A program made the position numbers and the translations under genes. Positions 29,520 through 38,976 of a stretch of 45,374 nt of DNA are shown here, piece after piece (positions within the stretch are counted from its first letter, which is position 1; every line of letters begins with the position of its first letter). The DNA comes from Bacillota bacterium (GTDB taxonomy: Bacteria > Bacillota > Clostridia > Lachnospirales > Lachnospiraceae): the NCBI GenBank assembly GCA_022717655.1, contig JAIIAN010000001.1, forward strand, positions 1 through 45,374. Direction: 5' to 3'. The notes beneath the pieces were generated by a model. The model saw only the letters and a list, made by a program, of their open reading frames with translations, searched no databases and had not been told where the DNA came from.

Positions 29520-29640
29520 TTGCTTTTCCTCCGTAACTTTTTTGATATCTTTATTTTACCTCATGTCACTTTGACGAAAAAGTCGCCTTTTTTACCATTT
29601 TTGTTCAATATTTTGACCATCTTATTTTTTAATATTTTAA

Positions 29641-29692
29641 AAAAAGAGGATTATCGCCGAAACTTTCCTCATTTCACACGACAATCCTCTTT
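29641..29692 (-). terminator. Terminator downstream of the racemase / C39-like pair
   Basis: AAAGAGGATTaTCG...CGAcAATCCTCTTT inverted repeat with a minus-strand T-tract. Confidence 0.7.
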
Positions 29693-29712
29693 ATTTTGCC
29701 AACTCATTTCAG

Positions 29713-30405
29713 CTATTTCCGTTTTCGTATGTAACACACATTGCAAAATAATGCATTGCTGTATTTGGTCATATAGCCGATATATTCTTTTTTATTGATA
29801 TAGTACTCTTTTCCCCACGAAGAAACCCGCATCCATTCTTCGTCCATCTCTGTGACCGTCACAAAATGCGCAGATACCTTATTCGAGGAGAGGTAGCTTC
29901 CCATACTGTTTTTCTGATACAGATTCAGTTTTTCTTTTTTCCAGAAAAATGGCAGATTCGGACCAATGGATAAAATAACCGGAATATCATGAGACAGCAT
30001 GGCACTCATGCGGTTCCATAATTTTTTACGTCCAAATCCCCAACTTGCCTTCAAGCCGGTGTGATATTTTGTCAGATAAACATTTAAGCCCACTACCAGC
30101 ACCCATCCCGGCATGCCAAAGTATGGAATCAGCGGAAGATAATCTCGTCTCATTTTATGGACATACTTTAAGTACTGTTCCCGTTCAATAATTCCGTTTG
30201 AATCCTGCACTTCTTCAAAAAACTTTGTTCTGCATCTTCGTTTATTTAAATCAAGATACAACAATAAATCCATTCCTGCAATCACTCCACATCCGCATTT
30301 GCGAATGGTCTTAGAACTGCTCCAATTCTGATTTCCCCCATAAGAAAGACTGCCTTCTTTTTCAATTGATGGGAACGGATTACACAGCCGATACCGCTTC
30401 ATCAA
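29713..30405 (-). CDS. Hypothetical protein, papain-fold / peptidase C39-like
   Basis: GGNQ..., CGCGVIA (nucleophile Cys at a helix start), IPVILSI, AHFVTVT, VSSWG; starts directly after the upstream stop. Confidence 0.55.
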   Translation of the reverse strand: MMKRYRLCNPFPSIEKEGSLSYGGNQNWSSSKTIRKCGCGVIAGMDLLLYLDLNKRRCRTKFFEEVQDSNGIIEREQYLKYVHKMRRDYLPLIPYFGMPGWVLVVGLNVYLTKYHTGLKASWGFGRKKLWNRMSAMLSHDIPVILSIGPNLPFFWKKEKLNLYQKNSMGSYLSSNKVSAHFVTVTEMDEEWMRVSSWGKEYYINKKEYIGYMTKYSNALFCNVCYIRKRK

Positions 30406-31224
30406 TCAGGTCTTAACCTCAACTGTTTTTTCCAATGAAACAGAAACCGGTCCACCCATTTTACATTCTACTGCTTTTCCATTTTCTTTTACGACCGTTG
30501 CTTCAATGATTCCCCCTGGCTGTTTTAAGATGTATACATATTTTCCATCATTTTTTTGTTTGCTTAAATAAACCGCCGTTGCCATACTTCCGCTTCCACA
30601 ACTGCTTTCCCATACAAGAGAACCTGTTTCTTCTACATAGACAACCGGTGTCATCCGGTAACGTTTTTCCATTCCATCTGCACTTGGCTCTAAGAACATA
30701 ATTCCACACGCATCACATTTATGTTTTGCCATTGCAGCTTCAAGCACTGCCTGTACAAACGCATCTTCTCTTCTTGGACCTTTTACAATTACATGATTAA
30801 TTCCGTCAAAGACAACCATTGGATAACTTCCGTACTGAGCGGTTTCCACTTCTTCTATCTTTTCCGGAAGTGGCATCATGGTTTTACTTGTTCCTGCCTC
30901 ATAATCTACTTCCACGTCAAGTTTTTCAGAAGAACCGCTGACATCTACCGTTACCGTCTTTTTGTAAGCATCCTTTGGTTCCTGCTCCTTTCCAAGCAGA
31001 TATCCAAAACTTCTGGTCGCATTTCCACAAAATTCTCCACCCATCATTTCCATGTGACTGCTTCCATCTTCCCGTCTTTCAATGAAGCCAACCTGTTCTC
31101 CACGGAACTCTTTGACTGCTAACAGTTCATTTGCAACCTTTGCATATAAATTTCTTTCCACCGGACTGGTAACAAAGATTGTGATATTTCCGGCTGGGTC
31201 TGCTACACGTAATTTTACCTCCAT
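30406..31224 (-). CDS. DapF-fold PLP-independent amino-acid racemase, CntK/histidine-racemase-like
   Basis: DPAGNITIFV, EQVGFI, MMGGEFCGNAT, WESSCGSG (two catalytic Cys); lacks the canonical DapF KMHGLGNDF. Confidence 0.75.
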   Translation of the reverse strand: MEVKLRVADPAGNITIFVTSPVERNLYAKVANELLAVKEFRGEQVGFIERREDGSSHMEMMGGEFCGNATRSFGYLLGKEQEPKDAYKKTVTVDVSGSSEKLDVEVDYEAGTSKTMMPLPEKIEEVETAQYGSYPMVVFDGINHVIVKGPRREDAFVQAVLEAAMAKHKCDACGIMFLEPSADGMEKRYRMTPVVYVEETGSLVWESSCGSGSMATAVYLSKQKNDGKYVYILKQPGGIIEATVVKENGKAVECKMGGPVSVSLEKTVEVKT

Positions 31225-31373
31225 ACTTAACATCACCTTTCCAAAAAATTCTTGTGTCTATTATACCACATTTTCGCCAAAAATTTGTAAAACATGATAT
31301 CGACTTTCGTAAAATTGTATGCTATATATGTATGTAGCAGATTGATTTATTTTTTTAACCAGGGGGTGTAGTT

Positions 31374-32738
31374 ATGAAACAAAAAACTTCTGCTGTCAAT
31401 CAAATTACAGAGGGTGTTATCTGGAAACAGCTTCTGCTTTTCTTTTTTCCGATTATGCTCGGAACATTATTTCAACAGCTTTACAATACTGCCGATGCCA
31501 TTATTGTCGGACGCTTCGTTGGAAAAGAAGCGCTTGCCTGTGTTGGTGGCTCTTCCGGACAGCTAATCAATCTCGTTGTCGGATTCTTTGTCGGGCTTTC
31601 TTCCGGTGCAACCGTCATCATTGCACGCTACTATGGCGCAAAGAATAAAAAAGAATTAAATCTGGCACTGCATACAGCTTCGGCTCTTGCCATTATCGGA
31701 AGTATCATAATTACCGTATTTGGAATTTTACTTGCTCCTGCTATGCTCCGGCTTATGAATACTCCGTCAAATGTAATGGCAGGTTCTGTTATTTATCTAC
31801 GGATTTATTTTGCCGGAATTTTCTTTGTCTTTGTTTACAATATTGGTTCGGCCATTCTGCGTGCCATGGGTGACTCCAAACGACCGCTTTATTATCTGAT
31901 TGTCTGTTGCTTTATTAATGTATTTTTGGATATTTTTCTGGTCGTCGGATTTAATCTCGGCATTACCGGTGCTGCCCTTGCAACCTTATTCTCTCAGGCT
32001 GTCAGTGCCATTTTGGTAATTCGTGCTTTGATGAAACCAGAAGAAATGTATCAGCTTGAACCAAAAAAAGTCCGTCTGCACCGATTTTTGCTTTTCTCTA
32101 TTCTTACAATCGGACTTCCGGCGGGCTTTCAATCTATGATGTACAATATTGCCAATATCATTATTCAGTCCTCTTTAAATCATCTGGGAACAGATGCAAT
32201 GGCAGCCTATACTGCATTCGGAAAAATGGACGCCTTCTACTGGATGATTTCCGGTGCATTTTCGGTTTCGATTGCAACGTTTGTCGGGCAAAACTATGGT
32301 GCCGGAAAATATTCAAGGATGAAACGAAGCGTAACTGTCTGTCTTTTGATGGATCTTGCTGCCTCTCTGCTTGTAAGCCTGATTTTGATTTTCTTTGGAA
32401 AATATCTCTTCCGGCTCTTTACGCAGGATGCCGGCGTTATCAAAGTCGGAATGGAAATTATTTCCTTGCTTGCACCAAGCTATGTTTTATTTATCTTTAT
32501 TGAAATCTTCTCAAGTGCCCTCCGTGGTATTGGAGATGTTATGATTCCCATGCTGATGACCTGTGGCGGTGTCTGCGTCCTTCGTATTTTATGGATTTTC
32601 TTTGTTGTACCGCATTTTTCAGGAATCAAAATTATTCTGATGTGCTATCCGATTTCCTGGGGTGTCACATCTATCCTGTTTATTATTTATTACTATATTC
32701 GCCAGAAACAATTCTTCAGCACACATAAAGAAGAATAA
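31374..32738 (+). CDS. MATE-family efflux transporter
   Basis: QLYNTADAIIVGRFVG, LRAMGDSKRP, GAALAT, GQNYGA; about 12 hydrophobic segments. Confidence 0.93.
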   Translation: MKQKTSAVNQITEGVIWKQLLLFFFPIMLGTLFQQLYNTADAIIVGRFVGKEALACVGGSSGQLINLVVGFFVGLSSGATVIIARYYGAKNKKELNLALHTASALAIIGSIIITVFGILLAPAMLRLMNTPSNVMAGSVIYLRIYFAGIFFVFVYNIGSAILRAMGDSKRPLYYLIVCCFINVFLDIFLVVGFNLGITGAALATLFSQAVSAILVIRALMKPEEMYQLEPKKVRLHRFLLFSILTIGLPAGFQSMMYNIANIIIQSSLNHLGTDAMAAYTAFGKMDAFYWMISGAFSVSIATFVGQNYGAGKYSRMKRSVTVCLLMDLAASLLVSLILIFFGKYLFRLFTQDAGVIKVGMEIISLLAPSYVLFIFIEIFSSALRGIGDVMIPMLMTCGGVCVLRILWIFFVVPHFSGIKIILMCYPISWGVTSILFIIYYYIRQKQFFSTHKEE

Positions 32739-32744
32739 TGCACT

Positions 32745-32783
32745 AAAAGCAGTCTGCCTTAAATTTAAGCAGACTGCTTTTTT
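32745..32783. terminator. Bidirectional terminator between MATE and spmA
   Basis: AAAAGCAGTCTGC...GCAGACTGCTTTT. Confidence 0.88.
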
Positions 32784-33366
32784 ATCGATCCATCCATTTA
32801 CAAAACAATATTGCCACAAGCGTACTGACAAATGTTGCCACGATTGCCGGACCTGTCACCCCTGCCGGATTTGCACTTCCGTACTGGCTTCGATAGGCAA
32901 TGACATTGACCGGTATCAACTGTAAGGATGAGATATTTAAAATTAAAAATGTACACATTTCATTGCTGGCGGATTTTGGTTTTTTCCCTTTTCGTTCTTC
33001 TTCCAGTTTTGCAAGTTCTTCCATTGCTTTTAATCCCAGAGGTGTTGCACCCCAGCCAAGCCCTAAAAAATTTGCAATGACATTAGCGGAAATATATTCC
33101 ATTGCCGGATGTTCTTTTGGTATTTTGGGAAATAAAAAATGCAAAAGCGGCTGCATTTTCTCTGTCATCTTATCGATTAATCCGGAACTTCTCGCAATCT
33201 GCATGATTCCCATCCACATCGCTACAATTCCGGACATCGTAATACAAAGTGCAACCGCTTCTTTGGCACAGGACAACGCCGCATCCGTTACTTCCGAAAG
33301 CTGTCCTGTCACTGCGCCATACAAAATGCCGATGAGCATCATTGCTCCCCATAAAAGATTCAGCAT
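32782..33366 (-). CDS. spmA: Spore maturation protein A (Gate-domain membrane protein)
   Basis: MLNLLW, WMGIMQIA, PKEHPAM, ANFLGLGWGATPLGLKAM, LQLIP. Confidence 0.9.
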   Translation of the reverse strand: MLNLLWGAMMLIGILYGAVTGQLSEVTDAALSCAKEAVALCITMSGIVAMWMGIMQIARSSGLIDKMTEKMQPLLHFLFPKIPKEHPAMEYISANVIANFLGLGWGATPLGLKAMEELAKLEEERKGKKPKSASNEMCTFLILNISSLQLIPVNVIAYRSQYGSANPAGVTGPAIVATFVSTLVAILFCKWMDR

Positions 33367-33421
33367 ACTTTTATCCTGTTTTGGCTCTTCTTTTTATTCT
33401 ATACAAAAAGGAATCTGAATA

Positions 33422-34783
33422 TTACTCGTCAGAATCACCATACTCATCAGAACCGCTATTATCATCTTCAGAATCAGCATAGCTTTCATCGGAATCGCTA
33501 TTATCATTTTCCGAATCAGATTCTTCTGTATTTTCATTAGAAAGTCCCTGACTTCTTTGGGTTATCTTATTTAAGATTTCCGTTTCTTTCTCTCCCGCTG
33601 CCGGTGTCGGCTGATAATTATTATAGTCCTCTACCGAAGAAATACTGCATGGAATGATATTTGTCACATTATCTTCCTGCAGTTTTCCACTTTTTAGAGT
33701 AAAAGTCTGCTGGAAAATCATGGTATCCATATCAGATGGATACATATTTCCACCGAAGCAGAAATTGCCAAGACTGTATACAATATTTTTTCCTTTATAC
33801 TGTTCAATTCCCTGAAGTACATGTGGATGATGTCCAAGCACCAAGTCTGCTCCTGCATCAATTGCAGCATGCGCAAGTTCTACCTGCACATCATTTGGAT
33901 ACTCTGCTTTTTCCTCTCCCCAATGAAAACTCGCAATGATAACCTGTGCGCCCTCATCCTTCAAATCCTGAATATTTTTCTCCATGGAATCCTTCACGCC
34001 CAGACCATCTGCCAACACGTAAGTACCAACCAAACCGACTTTGATGCCTTTTACTTTCTTGATTGCAACCCTGTCATAACCAAAATTCGTAATTCCGGCT
34101 TCATCAAGTGCATCCATCGTATCGTTATAGCTCTGCTCGCCATAATCTTTACTGTGATTATTTGCAAGATTGGCAGCCTCTACAAAGCCATCTGTCAAAA
34201 TTTCCGCATAGCTTTTATCTGCTTTAAATGCAAACTGTTTATCCTCACGGGTTGTACTGTCTGTCAGCGTACCCTCAAAGTTTACAATTGTTAAATCATC
34301 TGCCTCAAAAACAGCTTTTACATTTTCAAAGAAATAATTAAAATCTCCAACCTCATCATATTTTGCCGGCATACTGCCCTCATAAGCAAAATTTTCATCT
34401 GTTCCAAAGGTGCAGTCACCTGTTGCACTAATGGTAAAACTCACTGTTTTATTTTTTTGTTTTTTTGCTTTCTCTATTTCTTTTAAGATGGCTGTTTGTT
34501 CTTTTTGTTTCTTTCCTCCGGTCAACAGATTCTTACATCCTACTATCAACAGTGTAAAAATCAATAAAACCACTAATACAATATCTGCCAGAATAATTGT
34601 TCTTGCTTTTTTATCCTCCGGCAGTTTTTCCTTAAACAGCTCATATTTTTTCTTTAATTCCAGTTTCTTTAAAGCTGCTTTTGCTCTTTCAAGCCATTCT
34701 TTTGCTCTTTTAAGCCATTTTTTTGCTTTTGCGAACCATATTTTTGCCTTTTCACTTAAGTCTTTTTTATCCATCTGCTTCAT
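33422..34783 (-). CDS. CapA/PgsA-family metallophosphoesterase-like membrane protein
   Basis: ATGD, VNFEG, LANNHSKDYG, HWGEE, GHHPHVLQ, YSLGNF; one TM helix and an acidic tail. Confidence 0.9.
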   Translation of the reverse strand: MKQMDKKDLSEKAKIWFAKAKKWLKRAKEWLERAKAALKKLELKKKYELFKEKLPEDKKARTIILADIVLVVLLIFTLLIVGCKNLLTGGKKQKEQTAILKEIEKAKKQKNKTVSFTISATGDCTFGTDENFAYEGSMPAKYDEVGDFNYFFENVKAVFEADDLTIVNFEGTLTDSTTREDKQFAFKADKSYAEILTDGFVEAANLANNHSKDYGEQSYNDTMDALDEAGITNFGYDRVAIKKVKGIKVGLVGTYVLADGLGVKDSMEKNIQDLKDEGAQVIIASFHWGEEKAEYPNDVQVELAHAAIDAGADLVLGHHPHVLQGIEQYKGKNIVYSLGNFCFGGNMYPSDMDTMIFQQTFTLKSGKLQEDNVTNIIPCSISSVEDYNNYQPTPAAGEKETEILNKITQRSQGLSNENTEESDSENDNSDSDESYADSEDDNSGSDEYGDSDE

Positions 34784-35631
34784 TCTTGTTCCTTTTTCAG
34801 CAGTGCCTGATATACATCACGTTTGCTGATTCCTCTGTCTTTTGCCACCTTTTTCATTGCTTCTTTTTTGTCGTTTCCCTGTTGCATATAATGTTCCAAA
34901 TGTTCCTCTAACGGCATCTCTTCCCATTTTTTCTGGGCTTCTTCTTCCATTTCTTTTCGGCTCTTTCCTTCGATTACAAGTACACACTCCCCTTTTGGTT
35001 CATGTTCTCCATACCACTTAAGGGCTTCTGAAATGGTTGTCACAAATGCCGTCTCATGTTTCTTTGTCAGTTCCCGACACACGGTAAGTCTTCGCTCTCC
35101 AAGGGTTTCAAATAATTCTTCCAAGGTACGAAGCAGACGATGTGGTGCTTCATACATGATCATGGTTCGAGTCTCTGTTTTTAACTCTTCTAATATTTTC
35201 TTTTTTTCTTTTTTATCAGACGGTAAAAACGCTTCAAACGCAAAGCGCCGTGTAGAAAGTCCAGATAAAGTCAAAGCGGTAATGCAGGCTGCCGGACCCG
35301 GAAGGGATGTCACTTCAATTCCTGCTTCATAACACATCGCAACCAGTTCTTCTCCCGGGTCGGAAATTCCAGGCGTTCCGGCATCCGTAACCAGCGCAAT
35401 ATTTTTTCCTTCTAATAACTGTTCTACCAGATAATGCCCTTTATCAATCTTATTATATTCATGATAACTGGTCATTGGTGTTTTAATTTCAAAATGGTTT
35501 AAAAGCTTAATGCTGTTTCTGGTGTCTTCCGCCGCAATTAAATCCACTTCTTTTAATGTGCGCACCACACGAAACGTCATATCTTCCAGATTACCTATCG
35601 GGGTTGCGCACAAATATAATTTTCCACTCAT
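34780..35631 (-). CDS. rsmI: 16S rRNA (cytidine1402-2'-O)-methyltransferase
   Basis: LYLCATPIGNLED, AAEDTR, DAGTPGISDPG, YEAPHR, RELTK.HE. Confidence 0.97.
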   Translation of the reverse strand: MSGKLYLCATPIGNLEDMTFRVVRTLKEVDLIAAEDTRNSIKLLNHFEIKTPMTSYHEYNKIDKGHYLVEQLLEGKNIALVTDAGTPGISDPGEELVAMCYEAGIEVTSLPGPAACITALTLSGLSTRRFAFEAFLPSDKKEKKKILEELKTETRTMIMYEAPHRLLRTLEELFETLGERRLTVCRELTKKHETAFVTTISEALKWYGEHEPKGECVLVIEGKSRKEMEEEAQKKWEEMPLEEHLEHYMQQGNDKKEAMKKVAKDRGISKRDVYQALLKKEQE

Positions 35632-36371
35632 AATTTTTCCTCATGATTTCTTCCGTAGATATCAAGAATTTCATCGGTATAAACACCCGTTTTTTCATAC
35701 ACAATCAACGGGCGTTCCACTTCAATCCGTGATTTTCCTCCACGCAGTCCTTCAATTAAGACCAGATTTGGCTCTTTGTCTGCATAAGGCTGTACCAGAC
35801 GCATCCTCTTTGGCTCAATTTTATATTTTACCATAACCGACATAATTTCAGCCAGACGAAACGGCCGGTGCACCATATAAAATCTTCCCTTTGGCACAAG
35901 CACCTTCGCTGCCTGGGCTATGATATCATCCAGTGTACACAACGTTTCATGCCTTGCAATCGTCTTTGCACTGTTTTCTCCGGTTAGTCCATGACTTCCA
36001 ATCATGTACGGAGGGTTTGTCGTTACGACATCAAAAGAAGCGCCGCCAAACACTGCACCTGCTTCTTTGATATCTCCGGTTACGATATCAATATCCTGTT
36101 CCAGTTTATTATATGCGACACTTCTTCTTGCCAGTTCTGCACTCTCTTCTTGGATTTCCAGTCCTGTAAAATATCCTTTCGGATATCTTGCTTTCATTAA
36201 AATAGGGACGATTCCTGTGCCCGTCCCCATATCAAGTACCCTCTCACCCGGCTTGGCTTTTGCAAACCAGGCAAGAAGGACAGCGTCTATCCCAAAGCAG
36301 AACTGTTTCGGATTCTGAAAGAGCATATAGCCATTTTGAAGGTCATCAAGACGTTCATTCTTGTCTTTCAT
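35628..36371 (-). CDS. tRNA1(Val) (adenine37-N6)-methyltransferase, YabB/TrmN6-like
   Basis: FGIDAVLLA, LDMGTGTG, NPPY, ARHE, VHRPFRL; located between ricT and rsmI. Confidence 0.9.
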   Translation of the reverse strand: MKDKNERLDDLQNGYMLFQNPKQFCFGIDAVLLAWFAKAKPGERVLDMGTGTGIVPILMKARYPKGYFTGLEIQEESAELARRSVAYNKLEQDIDIVTGDIKEAGAVFGGASFDVVTTNPPYMIGSHGLTGENSAKTIARHETLCTLDDIIAQAAKVLVPKGRFYMVHRPFRLAEIMSVMVKYKIEPKRMRLVQPYADKEPNLVLIEGLRGGKSRIEVERPLIVYEKTGVYTDEILDIYGRNHEEKL

Positions 36372-37253
36372 TTATTTCTTCTCCAGTTCTTTTAAAGCTC
36401 TCATTTCCTCATCGCTGAGGCGGAATTTTTCTTTTTTCTGACGCGGTCTGAATTTTAAGTCTTCCACCGGATATTCCCGAATTTCTTTTTCGCCATCCAC
36501 ATCAACAATAACTTTTACCAGCTGTCTTAACACGCTGACACTGTGCACCTCTCCTCTTAAACCATCTGCGGTGGTCACTCTGTCACCGATTCCCGGAAGT
36601 TTGCGATTTAATTCTTCGTAAGTTTCTTCCTCATTTTTCAGACAGCACATCAGTCGTCCACATACACCGGAAATTTTTGACGGATTCAACGACAGATTCT
36701 GTTCCTTTGCCATCTTAATGGATACCGGTGCAAACTCAGAAAGATAAGTATGACAGCACAGCGGACGTCCACAAATTCCGATTCCACCTAAAATCTTTGT
36801 CTCATCACGTACACCAATCTGGCGCAGTTCAATTCTTGTCTTAAAGATAGCTGCCAAATCTTTTACCAACTCACGGAAATCAATTCTTCCATCAGCGGTA
36901 AAATAAAATAATACTTTATTATTATCAAAGGTATACTCGACATCAATTAATTTCATCTCGAGTCCGTGCTCTCTGATTTTCTTTAAACAAATCTGGTATG
37001 CCTCTTTTTCACGCTTTCGGTTTGCCTCTTCTTTTTTGTCATCCTGTGGAGTCGCAATTCTGATTACTTCTTTTAAAGGCTGTACCACCTTTTCATCTTC
37101 CACATCTCTCGGGGCAAGCACGACATGCCCGTATTCCACTCCTCTCGCTGTCTCCACGATTACGTGGTCTCCAACACAAATATCAAAATCCTTCGGTGAA
37201 AAATAGTAAATCTTTCCCACGTTACGGAATCTGACTCCTATCACTCTTGTCAT
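36372..37253 (-). CDS. ricT: PSP1-domain protein RicT/YaaT
   Basis: VIVETARG, RIDFRELVKDLA, QIGVRDE, GICGRPLCC, SGVCGRLMCCL. Confidence 0.93.
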   Translation of the reverse strand: MTRVIGVRFRNVGKIYYFSPKDFDICVGDHVIVETARGVEYGHVVLAPRDVEDEKVVQPLKEVIRIATPQDDKKEEANRKREKEAYQICLKKIREHGLEMKLIDVEYTFDNNKVLFYFTADGRIDFRELVKDLAAIFKTRIELRQIGVRDETKILGGIGICGRPLCCHTYLSEFAPVSIKMAKEQNLSLNPSKISGVCGRLMCCLKNEEETYEELNRKLPGIGDRVTTADGLRGEVHSVSVLRQLVKVIVDVDGEKEIREYPVEDLKFRPRQKKEKFRLSDEEMRALKELEKK

Positions 37254-37256
37254 TTA

Positions 37257-38246
37257 TTAGTTCTCCCTGATTGTCAGGAACAATAGTTCCATTGTTAAAT
37301 CAAAATTAACATTTGCCTGCAGACGCGCTTTTGCAGTCTCAATCGCCTTGATAATGTTTTCAAGTCCCTCATAGGAACTCTTATCTGCTCTCTCTTTGAT
37401 AAAATTGTATTCATCTTTAAAAACCAGACTATCCATTTCTTTGGTCGCCTTAAATAACAGCACATCTCGAAACCATACTAAAAACAAATCCAGATACTCA
37501 TAAATCGTATGTTTCTGTTCAGAAAGGTTTTTCAGTGCATCTACCATCTCATAGACTTCCATGTCGTTTCCACGACGTAAGATACGAAATGCCGCATCCA
37601 TCATTTCTGTAAAATCTTCTGCCGTTGCAATCTGTTTTGCTTTTCCTACATTTCCCTGTGCAAACGCAACGCTGACATCTGCCTGATAATCCGGTACATG
37701 CAGTTCTTCCATCAGATACTTACGAATCACTTCATCACGCACTGGTTTAAAATTCAGTGTCACGCATCTTGAAGTAATCGTCGGCAGTAATCCGGTGTTA
37801 TTATTTGCCAAAAGCAGAATCACTGCATAAGCCGGTGGTTCTTCAATCGTCTTTAATAAAGCATTTTGAGCCTGTATTGTCATCTTCTCTGCTTCATCTA
37901 CAATATAAATTTTGTAAGGACCGGTATACGGTTTGATTTCCACATCAGAAACCAGCTGTTCACGGATTTCTTCAATACCAATCGATGCCGGCTTTACATG
38001 TTCCACATAGATAATGTCCGGATGATTCCGACTCATTGCTTTTTTACAGGAACTGCAATGCATGCACGGCTCTTTCTTATGTTCCTCGCATTGCAATGTC
38101 ATAGCAAATAATTTTGCCAGAAGTTTTTTACCGCTTCCTTTTTCTCCCGCAAAAATATAAGAATGTGAAACCTGACCTTTCTCAACTGCATTCTGCAAAT
38201 GACGGATTACCTCTTCGTGTCCCAATACTTTTTCAACTTCCTGCAT
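37257..38246 (-). CDS. holB: DNA polymerase III subunit delta'
   Basis: HSYIFAGEKGSGK, C...C..CSSC zinc motif, HPD, QAQNALLKTIEEPP, TITSRC. Start at ATG 38246 or GTG 38255. Confidence 0.93.
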   Translation of the reverse strand: MQEVEKVLGHEEVIRHLQNAVEKGQVSHSYIFAGEKGSGKKLLAKLFAMTLQCEEHKKEPCMHCSSCKKAMSRNHPDIIYVEHVKPASIGIEEIREQLVSDVEIKPYTGPYKIYIVDEAEKMTIQAQNALLKTIEEPPAYAVILLLANNNTGLLPTITSRCVTLNFKPVRDEVIRKYLMEELHVPDYQADVSVAFAQGNVGKAKQIATAEDFTEMMDAAFRILRRGNDMEVYEMVDALKNLSEQKHTIYEYLDLFLVWFRDVLLFKATKEMDSLVFKDEYNFIKERADKSSYEGLENIIKAIETAKARLQANVNFDLTMELLFLTIREN

Positions 38247-38324
38247 TGCAATCACCCACCTTGTCCTAATAATGTCTTGTGTACTTTAATAACGATAATT
38301 TAATATCATTTCGAATATGTTCTC

Positions 38325-38353
38325 ATTATACCACACGATTGAAATGCACTCAA
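38325..38353 (-). promoter_or_regulatory. Sigma-A promoter upstream of holB
   Basis: TTGAGT-17 nt-TATAAT with an extended TG on the minus strand. Confidence 0.65.
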
Positions 38354-38376
38354 TAATTCCTTCTCTAACATTTCTA

Positions 38377-38973
38377 TTAAGATTCTATTAAGCGTTTCTT
38401 GATATATGCTGTTATTTCACTCAGACACGTCTCTAAATTTTTATTAAAAAATCGTTTTTCAATCCCTGCCTGCTCTAGTTTCTCTTCCGAGAAATCCTCT
38501 GCATCGGCAAGAAAACGACGACAGAGTTCCTCATAATGTGGTTCTTTCTGGGTTTCCTCTCTTGCAATGGCACGTTTCAGACGCTCCCCATCTTCCACTT
38601 CCACATAAATCGGACACAGCGCCGATGCTCCATAATATGCCTTCAGATTTTGATAGGATTCAAGCGTTCCAATGGAAAGATAACTGGTTTTGCTTAAATC
38701 AACCGAACCGTCATCTGCTGTAAAATAAGTCCACGGTCCGTAAACGGTCTGATAGGTTCTTGCTTCAATCACTTTTTCTGCTTTATCAAATTCAAAATAC
38801 TTTGCCTCATCTACAAAGTGGTATTCCTGTCCTTCTTTTTCTCCGTCACGAATCGGACGAGTGGTATAAAGCACCAGTCTTCCAAGCTTTAAATCCTCTG
38901 ATTCCTGAAGCTTTCGATAGATGGTGTCTTTTCCGGAAGAACTTTTTCCCATGATATAAAATATTTTTCCCAT
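38377..38973 (-). CDS. Guanylate-kinase-like NMP kinase
   Basis: GKSSSGKDT P-loop, YTTRPIRDGEKEGQEYHFV. Confidence 0.8.
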   Translation of the reverse strand: MGKIFYIMGKSSSGKDTIYRKLQESEDLKLGRLVLYTTRPIRDGEKEGQEYHFVDEAKYFEFDKAEKVIEARTYQTVYGPWTYFTADDGSVDLSKTSYLSIGTLESYQNLKAYYGASALCPIYVEVEDGERLKRAIAREETQKEPHYEELCRRFLADAEDFSEEKLEQAGIEKRFFNKNLETCLSEITAYIKKRLIES

Positions 38974-38976
38974 AAT

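Noticed and set aside
30406..31236. Calling the racemase dapF
   Set aside because: It lacks the KMHGLGNDF, GNPH and ERG.G.T.ACGTG motifs of canonical DapF.
38311..38324. Possible LexA (Cheo) box downstream of the holB promoter
   Set aside because: GAACATATTC does not fit the GAAC-N4-GTTC spacing.
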